Assembly (NCBI GenBank): GCA_963737065.1
Contig: CAVTRC010000001.1
Span: 1,504,001 to 1,568,000, forward strand
From: Candidatus Eremiobacteria bacterium
GTDB taxonomy: Bacteria > Vulcanimicrobiota > Vulcanimicrobiia > Vulcanimicrobiales > Vulcanimicrobiaceae
Reading direction: 5' to 3'
DNA: 64,000 nucleotides
Each line of letters starts with the position of its first letter. Position 1 is the stretch's first letter. This document shows, one piece after another, positions 54,193-62,345 of the stretch. The position numbers and the translations under genes were made by a program. Below the pieces are notes generated by a model that was not told the origin of the DNA, did no database searches, and worked only from the letters and a program-made list of their open reading frames with translations.

Positions 54193-55189
54193 ATGAGCGA
54201 CGAACAACCATCAGACGAGACGAGCATTTGTTGGAACGGTTGGGACGGGAATTGCGGCAGCTGCGTTGACGCAAAACGCGTCCGCGCAAGGCAGCACACA
54301 AGGATGAGCCGGCGCTTCCGAATCCGACCGACCGGTATCAGAAAACGTTTCCGATGCAGCAACAACCGTGGCCCGGTTTGCAATCGAAGATGGATCCGCG
54401 ACCGGATTGCGGCGAGACATCATATCAAGGCACGCGGGCGGCTACGCGGCCGCAAAATGCTTGTCACGGGCGCAGATTCCGGCATCGGGCGCGCCGCAGC
54501 GATCGCATTTGCGAAAGAAGGCGCCGACGTTGCGCTCAATTATCTTCCTCAAGAAGAAGCCGACGCGCGCGAAGTCGTGCAAGTGGTCGCACTGCGCGGC
54601 CGCAAAGCCGTGCCGATTCCGGGCGACATTCGTGAAGAGGGTTCTGCCGCAACTCGTCGATCGCGCCGTGCAGCAGCTCGGCGGACTCGATACCATCGTG
54701 AACGTCGCCGGCAGGCAGAACGCGATCGAAAACATCGAGGATCTCTCAACCGAACATATCGATTGGACGTTCAAAACCAACGTCTATGCGATGGTGTGGA
54801 TCGTGAAGGCCGCGTTGCCGCACTTGCGTCCCGGGTCAGTCATTATCAATACCGCATCCGAGCAGGGCTACAATCCCGACCCCTGGCTCGTCGATTACGC
54901 GATGACGAAAGCCGCGATCGTGAATTTCACGAAGTCGATGGCCAAGCAACTGGCAAAGCGCGGTATTCGTGTCAATGCGGTCGCGCCCGGACCGTTCTGG
55001 ACGGCACTGCAAATTACCGGCGGAACGATGCCCTCGAAGATCCCGACGTTCGGTCAGCAAACGCCGCTCGGTCGCGCCGGGCAACCGGTAGAAATCGCGC
55101 CGGTCTACGTCGCGCTTGCGGCGGGTGATCTATCGTACGGAACGGGCGGCATTTGGGGCGACACCGGCGGCAATCCCGGGCCGGGTTAG
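54193..55189 (+). CDS. YghA-like SDR oxidoreductase with twin-arginine-like leader (frameshifted)
   Basis: [42 protein letters not shown]. Confidence 0.88.
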
Positions 55190-55570
55190 TTCGGAAGGTT
55201 TGCGAAAACTTCGTCGACGTCGAATTGAAGCCACGGCAATTCGATACTGACGAAACGCTCGCCCATCACTAGCGTCGTCGCGCCGACGCGCGTAATTGCG
55301 CGAATCGTTCGCTTCTCCGGAAGCACGTCGAATGCGACGATCGTGCCTTTCGCGAGATACGCTTGCATCTTCCACTCCACGTTCTTAGTTTGTCGCCTGG
55401 CGAACGAATTTCGAACGCTACGTCGGGTGCAAACGGCGGCTCTTCCCGCTGCTTGTGATCCAACGCATTGAGACGCTCGCGCGACACGAAGGCAACGTCC
55501 GGCACGAGCGAGGTCGGCGGGTCGCCCGGTGCGCTCAACCAAAAGCGCCATTCGGTCGCGACATCGCTGC
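55186..55570 (-). pseudogene. Uma2/DUF820 endonuclease, apparently N-truncated and frameshifted
   Basis: LVPDVAFV..APDVAFEIRSPGD; usual N-terminal part not recognisable. Confidence 0.65.
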
Positions 55571-55708
55571 GATCCCGGGCTCGATATAGGGCTTCTCGTC
55601 GATCGATCGCATCGCGGTCCTCGATTCCTCACGACTACCGTATCACTGCCCGCGCTGTGACAGCGCGAGACGGCAAAGGGACTGCCGGGAAACGAGCTGC
55701 GCCGCCGG

Positions 55709-55743
55709 TTGACGCAGCGTACAGACTAGACTAAGCTTAGTCG
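55709..55743 (+). promoter_or_regulatory. Sigma70-type promoter with palindromic operator
   Basis: TTGACG-17 nt-TAAGCT; perfect palindrome GACTAAGCTTAGTC at 55729-55742. Confidence 0.75.
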
Positions 55744-55983
55744 ATGGAAATGGTGAACGTCCACGAGGCGAAAACGCACTTCTCCCGTCTGGTGGACAAG
55801 GCGGCCGCCGGTGAGGAAATCGTCATTGCAAAGGCCGGCAAACCCGTTGCCAAACTTGTGCCGCTCGATAAACCCGAAGGGAAGCGACAGCTCGGCCAGC
55901 TTGCTCATCTTGGAATAACTATACCGGACGACTTTGATGATCCGTTGCCTGATGACATTCTCGACGCATTTGAAGGTCGATGA
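55744..55983 (+). CDS. Phd/YefM-family antitoxin
   Basis: VNVHEAKTHFSRLVD.AAAGEEIVIAKAGKPVAKLVP. Confidence 0.95.
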   Translation: MEMVNVHEAKTHFSRLVDKAAAGEEIVIAKAGKPVAKLVPLDKPEGKRQLGQLAHLGITIPDDFDDPLPDDILDAFEGR

Positions 55984-56366
55984 GGATTCTTCTTGACACG
56001 CATCTGCTGCTGTGGTCGCATATGAACGATCGAAGGCTTTCGCAGACGGTTCGCGAGCTGCTCGAATCTCGAGAAAACGACGTGTACTTCAGCGCCGCAA
56101 GTATTTGGGAAATTGCGATCAAAGCGCAGTTAAAGCGGCTGGAATCTACCGTCGACCCGCAGCAAATCGTACGTGCGGCCCTCGATAGCGATTTTGAAGA
56201 ACTGCCGGTAACCGCCAGCAGCGCAGTTTTAGTCAGCGCACTGCCGATGCATCACCGCGACCCGTTCGACCGCCTTTTGGTAGCTCAGGCGATGTCGGTG
56301 CCGCTTACCCTCATGACGGCAGACCCGCAGCTGCTGCAATATTCCGAACTGGTACGTCTCGTATAA
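55980..56366 (+). CDS. vapC: VapC-family PIN toxin
   Basis: LLDTH, SAASIWEIAIK, HHRDPFDRLLVAQA, TAD. Confidence 0.95.
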   Translation: MRILLDTHLLLWSHMNDRRLSQTVRELLESRENDVYFSAASIWEIAIKAQLKRLESTVDPQQIVRAALDSDFEELPVTASSAVLVSALPMHHRDPFDRLLVAQAMSVPLTLMTADPQLLQYSELVRLV

Positions 56367-56372
56367 AACAAG

Positions 56373-57452
56373 ATGGCGAAAAAGGTCGATAAGCGCGTCT
56401 TCGATGTGAGAGCTGCCGTCAGCGACGATCCCTCAACGTGGCGGCTCGTCGCGGTAAGTTCCGATGCAGTGCTTCCCGAGTTTTACCGCACGATCCAAGG
56501 CGCGTTCGAGTGGGTGTGGCCTACGTTTGCAAAGATGCTCGTTGGCGAAGCGATGTTCTTCGGCGGCAAAGGATCGCGCACGCCGCTGCGGCGCGTCTTC
56601 TCCATCGGCGATCGAGGAATGCTCTCGTTCGCCGATGACGACGGCGATACGATCGTCGTGCGTTTCGAAGTGTTGCGCGTCTACGAAGTTCCGTCTCGCC
56701 GCCATTACCCAAAGGTGTTGGACGGCGCGGGCATGTACCGGCCCAGCTACTCCGAGAAACAGTTTTGGTGCGACACGAGCACGTGGGTCGCCCAAGAGCT
56801 TGCGCGTTACGGATTCAGGGAGCAACGCCCGACTCGAGCGGCCGATTCGAAGCGCCACCTTTCGCGCGATGAATGCGACGAGCTGGAAGCGCTGATGCAA
56901 CGCCGCGATCCGGCGTGCTCCGGACCGATGCATGGTTCGATAACGTGCCTCCACGGTTTCCTCACGTGCGTGATTTCCGGGCCGCTCATTCTGCCGTCAG
57001 AATGGTTTCCCGTCGTGTTCGGTGACGAAAACAACGACGTGCCCTGGGAAACGATGCAGGAAGTCCAGCGCGCGACTTCGCTCGTCATGCAGTTCTACAA
57101 CGGCATTGTGGACGATCTGCGCAGCGACGACTTTCGCATCATCATGGATCCAATTGCCGATGGTCCCGAGGCGTTGGGCCGCGTCGAGAATTGGTGTCGC
57201 GGCTTTCTGGTCGGAACGGCGCTACGCGCCGACGAGTGGCAAAGCGCGATGCAAGATCAGTATCTGGACGCCCGCATGACGGCAATTATTGCGCTCGGCC
57301 GCCCTGATGCGCCGCCGGTTTTCGATCCCGTGAAGCACCCGCGCGAATACCAGGAAGCGCGCGAAGTTCTCCCGCAGTGCGCACTCGACATGTATCGTTG
57401 GTGGAGGCGTGCAACGCCGAAAGGTTCGCCTCCTCCGTTGCGCGCGGTGTGA
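56373..57452 (+). CDS. UPF0149/YecA-like protein with pRiA4b-ORF3-like N-terminus
   Basis: LHGFLT..SGP.ILPSEW; WCRGFL.G; N-part WRLVAV..IQGAFEW..YPKVLDG. Confidence 0.68.
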   Translation: MAKKVDKRVFDVRAAVSDDPSTWRLVAVSSDAVLPEFYRTIQGAFEWVWPTFAKMLVGEAMFFGGKGSRTPLRRVFSIGDRGMLSFADDDGDTIVVRFEVLRVYEVPSRRHYPKVLDGAGMYRPSYSEKQFWCDTSTWVAQELARYGFREQRPTRAADSKRHLSRDECDELEALMQRRDPACSGPMHGSITCLHGFLTCVISGPLILPSEWFPVVFGDENNDVPWETMQEVQRATSLVMQFYNGIVDDLRSDDFRIIMDPIADGPEALGRVENWCRGFLVGTALRADEWQSAMQDQYLDARMTAIIALGRPDAPPVFDPVKHPREYQEAREVLPQCALDMYRWWRRATPKGSPPPLRAV

Positions 57453-57532
57453 TTCTTCTCATTCGGCTTTAACCCGCCGTCGCCGCGCGCTCTCAAGCGC
57501 CGGCGGTACGATTCCACTCGGAGGAATCTAGA

Positions 57533-58265
57533 GTGGAATTCAAGGGTGACGACCCGGTCGTCAAAGTGAAGGACCTGCGCAAGGTCTACACGCTCGGTGA
57601 CGCGCAAGTCATTGCGCTTGCCGGCATCGATCTCGAGATTCATCGCGGCGAATTCGTCGCGGTGATGGGCCCATCGGGCTCGGGCAAGTCGACGTTCATG
57701 CAGATCAGCGGGCTGCTCGACAACCCGACGTCGGGACAGTATTGGTTCGAAGGCCAAGACGTCTCGCATCTCGATCGTGATGCGCGCGCCGACATCCGCA
57801 GCCGCCGGCTCGGCTTCGTCTTCCAAGCGTACAACTTGCTCTCGCGAACGACCGCGCTCGAGAACGTCGAGTTGCCGATGGTTTACGCGGGCGTGCCGGA
57901 AACGGAACGCAAGCGAATCGCGCTTGCCAAGATGGACGATCGTCGGCGTCGACCATCTCGCCGATCATGCGCCGAACCAAATGTCGGGCGGACAACAACA
58001 GCGCGTCGCGATCGCGCGATCGCTCGTGAACAATCCGGGACTCATTCTCGCGGACGAACCGACCGGCGCGCTCGACACGAAAACGTCGGAAGACGTCATG
58101 CGCATCTTCAAAGAATTAAACGAAGAAGAGGGCATCACGATCATGCTGGTCACGCACGAACCGGATATCGCGGCGCACGCGAAGCGGATCGTGACGTTCC
58201 GCGACGGCCGCATCGTGAGCGACCGCCCTTCGACAGCTCAGCGTGACAAGGGGGAAGCAGCATGA
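57533..58265 (+). CDS. MacB/LolD-type ABC ATPase (frameshift near 57937)
   Basis: [41 protein letters not shown]. Confidence 0.93.
58226..58248 (-). repeat. Palindromic repeat copy in the 3' coding tail of the ABC ATPase
   Basis: CCCTTCGACAGCTCAGCGTGACA. Confidence 0.75.
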
Positions 58266-59483
58266 GCGACTTCAAAGGCATTTTCCGCCTCGCGCTTCAA
58301 GCGCTGCATGCGTAACAAGGCGCGTTCGATCATGACGATGCTCGGCATCGTCATCGGCGTCGCGGCCGTCATCGTAACGGTTGCGATCGGATCGGGTGCG
58401 CGTACCTCGGTGCAGAACAGCATCAATTCGCTCGGATCCAATTTGATCGTCGTGCAGCCGGGATCGCTGACGACGAGCGGTTCGCGCGGCGGCAACGGTA
58501 CCGCCTCGACGCTCACGCCGGCTGACGGTTTAGCGCTCGTGCATCTGCCCGGCGTCGCAGCCGTCTCGCCCAGCGTGACCGTTCGCGCGCAAGTCGTCGC
58601 CGACGGCAACAACTGGCAGACGCAAATCCAAGGCGTTGCGCCGACGTATCAAGCGATTCGTTCGTGGCCGATCGCGACCGGTGCGTTTTTCTCTCAATCC
58701 GACGTCGACAGTTCCGCAAAAGTGGCGGTGCTCGGGCAAACGGTGGTCCAGCAACTGTTTCCGAACGGCGCCAATCCGATCGGTCAAACGGTGATCGTTC
58801 GTAACGTTCCGTTCACCGTGGTCGGAACGCTCGCGCCACTCGGACAAAGCGGCATGGGCCAAGACCAAGACGACACCGTGCTGATTCCGTACACGTCCGC
58901 GATGCAGCGCCTGACGGGCCTCACGACGGTGAACTCGCTGATGGTCTCTGCAACCACGCCCGATGAAGTCGATCCGGTGCAAACCGAAGTGACGTCGATG
59001 CTCGAACAGCGCCATCGCATTCCGGCGGGACAACCCGACGACTTCCAAGTGCGTAATCTGCAATCGATCGCAGCCGCCGCATCGTCGACGGGCGCGGTGA
59101 TGGAGTTCTTACTCGCCGGCGTCGCAGCGGTCTCGCTGATCGTCGGCGGCATCGGCATCATGAACATCATGATGGTGTCGGTAACGGAACGCACGCGCGA
59201 AATTGGTTTGCGCATGTCGGTCGGTGCGCGCGCGCGGACGATCCTCAATCAGTTCCTGACGGAATCGGTCGTGCTCTCGTCGATCGGCGGCCTGATCGGC
59301 ATCGCATTCGGATTCGTCGGCACGTTCTTCGTCGCCGCGCTCGCAAAGTGGCCGACGCAAATCCCGGTCGGCTGGGTGATCGCATCCGTCGTCTTCTCCG
59401 GCCTCGTCGGCGTGTTCTTCGGCTACTACCCGGCGAAGAAAGCCGCCGATCTGAATCCTATCGAAGCGTTGCGCTTCGAATAG
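58262..59483 (+). CDS. MacB-type ABC permease (frameshift near 58305)
   Basis: [41 protein letters not shown]. Confidence 0.94.
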
Positions 59484-59491
59484 GTTGGTCG

Positions 59492-59515
59492 CCCTCCGAC
59501 AAGTTCAGGGTGACA
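59492..59515 (-). repeat. Palindromic repeat copy after the permease
   Basis: CCCTCCGACAAGTTCAGGGTGACA. Confidence 0.8.
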
Positions 59516-59520
59516 CGACG

Positions 59521-59563
59521 GAGTCCCGGCGCATTGATTCCTCCTGCGCCGGGGCTCGTTTTG
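59521..59563 (+). terminator. Probable intrinsic terminator
   Basis: GAGTCCCGGCGCA / TGCGCCGGGGCTC stem followed by GTTTTG. Confidence 0.6.
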
Positions 59564-59602
59564 TGCCATGCAGGTGACATTTCTCACGTCTACGATCGAG
59601 GC

Positions 59603-59770
59603 ATGAGCTTGTTTTTGATCGGCCTCGTCCTGTACGTGGGTGGAAAAGCGCTGTTGCAAGTACCGGCCGTAAAGCGATTTATGGAGAAGCCGTCATTGAT
59701 GGAGTTGTATCGCACGGGGAAAGTCACGTTTCACGACGGCAGGGCTCTCTACTGGCGCGATCCAGATTAA
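59603..59770 (+). CDS. Small membrane-anchored hypothetical protein (55 aa)
   Basis: MSLFLIGLVLYVGG hydrophobic start; TACGAT 6 nt upstream of ATG. Confidence 0.45.
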   Translation: MSLFLIGLVLYVGGKALLQVPAVKRFMEKPSLMELYRTGKVTFHDGRALYWRDPD

Positions 59771-60208
59771 CTATGTCTTCGCAACCTTCTTCGGTCTGCC
59801 GCCTTTGCGGCCGTTTGCCCGTGATGCGGCCGCTTTCGCACGGCTCGTCTTGCCGTGAGCGCGCCGGCCGTGTCCGCGCGCAACAACGGGTCCCAGCTCT
59901 TCAGCAAGAAGTCCTGCGACGGAGATGTCCACGTCAAGCGAGCGGATCGAGATCCCGTCGCCTCCCGGTTGAACTTCGACGCGAGCAACGTCCGATGGCG
60001 AAGCATCCGCGATCTCGCGAATTTGCTTGCGTAGAAATGCGACGATCATCCCACTACGAAGCGTTAGAACGAGGCGATCGCTGCGGCGATCGTACTTTGC
60101 GTCTATCGCATCAGTCGGACGTTCCTTGTTTGTGGCCCGGCCGGCTTCGTACATTTCATCCGTTAGTTCAGGCAGCGGACGCTTCGGTCTGGAGGTCACT
60201 TTAGCCAT
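59771..60208 (-). CDS. DUF2442 domain protein
   Basis: LVLTLRSG..GDGI...LDVDISV.GLL; basic tail KAAASRANGRKGGRPKK. Confidence 0.82.
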   Translation of the reverse strand: MAKVTSRPKRPLPELTDEMYEAGRATNKERPTDAIDAKYDRRSDRLVLTLRSGMIVAFLRKQIREIADASPSDVARVEVQPGGDGISIRSLDVDISVAGLLAEELGPVVARGHGRRAHGKTSRAKAAASRANGRKGGRPKKVAKT

Positions 60209-60434
60209 TGCATTTATCCCGTAGATCAGCGAAGTAGTCGAAATATTTCGCAACGAGTTCTCGTGCGCGTCGTACGTCGGTCGAACGCATCTTCACATCA
60301 TATGGCAGTAGATTTTCATCGAGCATTATTTTGCACTTGCTCTTCCCGCGAATGACGTGAACATGCGGTTTGTGTCCGCGTTCGTCGCGTGTATTCACGA
60401 CGATTCGAAAGCCTTCTACTTCCTTACCGGGCAC
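60201..60434 (-). CDS. DUF4160 domain protein
   Basis: GFRIVV..H.PHVHV; overlaps the DUF2442 gene. Confidence 0.82.
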   Translation of the reverse strand: MPGKEVEGFRIVVNTRDERGHKPHVHVIRGKSKCKIMLDENLLPYDVKMRSTDVRRARELVAKYFDYFADLRDKCNG

Positions 60435-60469
60435 ACAACGATATTAACCTAAGCGCCTTAGGTTTTCAA
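60435..60469 (-). promoter_or_regulatory. Sigma70-type promoter with inverted-repeat operator
   Basis: Minus strand TTGAAA-17 nt-TAATAT; AACCTAAG-CGC-CTTAGGTT at 60446-60464. Confidence 0.78.
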
Positions 60470-60511
60470 TGGTACGGGAAGCGGGAAAAACCTTCGTCGC
60501 CGGGCGTGCAA

Positions 60512-62318
60512 TCACGTGCTGCTGCTTAAGTCCGGGCGTAAGGCGAGTTCGGGAGGCGGTTTGGGAAGATTGTCATCCGGATGCGTGGCGGCGTCGAACT
60601 GTTCCGTCAGCCGGCGGAGATCGCGCAGCAACGCTACGATGCGCTGTGCGGTGTCGCTTGTCACTTCGTACGCGCCGCGCGGTGGATCGTTCACCAACTG
60701 CGCCCACGCGCCCGGGTCGGGGTCGTAGCCTTCGTCGTATTCGTCGAGATACGCTTGCAGCGCACCGAGCAATGTCCGCAACCTCAGCCAGCGATGATTT
60801 TTCCAGTCCATCCGGCTTTTCGGCTGCTCTCCCGCGGCGTCCGCGAAGTGTGAAACGATCAGATAGCCCGCGGCCGCGCCGCGCGCGCGAAGGCGATCGA
60901 GAAGCGTTGGCGGCATGTCGAGATTCAAGCCGCCTTCATTTGCATCGAGCCACACGGTAACGATGCGATCGCGATAGCCCGGCAGCACGGCTTGCGTCGT
61001 GTCGACCCAGTTCTGCATCGTGTCGAGGATCGAACGTAGAAATCCCGTCATATTGCCGAACCGATTGAACTGACGCAGAATCCCCGACGCATTGCTGCTC
61101 GGCATCCACACGTTCTTCGCCGCATCCGAATCGACGTGCCGGTCGGGTGGAAACGCATCGAGGTTGATCGCAAACGTGGGCCACAGCGGCAGCGGCGTAT
61201 CGAACATCGCGACCGGGAAGTTGCTCGAAAGGCCGCCGTCGGTGAACCAGCACGGCTCGAGCGCCGGAAGCGCGTTCTCCGGCGCGTGATTTGCCTTCAA
61301 CCGGAAATCGACCAGGTGAAACGGCACGGCGCTGAAGAGCACCGGAAACGACAGGCTCATGCGCGTTGCGACGATGACCGGCATGTCGGCGATCGGCGGT
61401 AACGGGATAAAGCCGAGCTGCTCGCGCTTGCGGTGCCGCTCCGCCTCGGCTTCGTCGACCGGCGTGCGCCGGCAACGCATCATCCACTCGACGACGTGAG
61501 CGGGGAAGTATCGCGTCATCTCATCGGGGCGGAAATAGAACCGCGTCGTATCGAACGGGTACTTGAACGGACGCGCGAGCGTGATGCAGGTCGTTACGAC
61601 CTCGAGATTCACGTCGACATCCGGCGGCCGTTCCTTCAAACCACACGGTCCGGTCGTGGCGCGATCCCACAACATTCCGAACGTGAGCGGAGTCGCCGCA
61701 TCGTCAATCCCGGCCGCGATGCGAAGCTTCTCTTCGAGCCAAGACGTGAGCGCCGGCGAGCCGGAATTATCGTCGGCGATCCCGGTAACCAAGCCGTATC
61801 CGTTATCACGCGCGCCGCGCAGAAAATCATACGCGAATTGCGCGCCGGCCGCGCACACCGCGCCGCCGAACGCGAGCAACAGCGCCGGCGGAAGATCGAA
61901 CCATTGTCGCTTCGTTCGCACAAACAATGCCAGCGCGGGAAGCGCGCCGAGAATCGACGCTTGAGGATGCGCGCTCAACACGGACGCGATCTTTTCCGGC
62001 AGCGACTTGCGCGCAAACAACGCCGTGACGCGCATTGAACAATCCGGCGGTCTTGCGGTTTGGGTGAAAGAGCCGGAACAACAGATTGTCGTTCGCGAGT
62101 TCTTGCGGAAGCCCGGCGAGCACTTCGAAGCCGCGTTCCGTGCCTCGAAGGCGCCCGAGTTGCGCGGCGGCGGTGAGCGCGGCAGCGATCGCACCGGCCG
62201 AGGTGCCGCCGACGTTCTTGAACGAAAACGTGCGCGCGATTTCAACGATCGCGGGCGGATACACGACGCCGCTCGTGACGCCGCCCTTCATAACGATGTC
62301 GCAATACGCGGTCGGCAC
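60512..62318 (-). CDS. Patatin-like phospholipase (frameshift near 62030)
   Basis: KGGVTSG, GGTSAG, RMSLSFP, FTDGGLSSNFP. Confidence 0.88.
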
Positions 62319-62345
62319 AGTTCCGCAATCTTTCGCGCAGCGACG

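Noticed and set aside
20742..59515. Repeat copies as a CRISPR array
   Set aside because: Copies are dispersed over tens of kb in both orientations, with no regular spacers and no cas genes.
18576..62318. Mass pseudogenisation
   Set aside because: Essential genes such as lpxC and dnaX are hit while catalytic motifs stay intact, so sequencing error is more likely.
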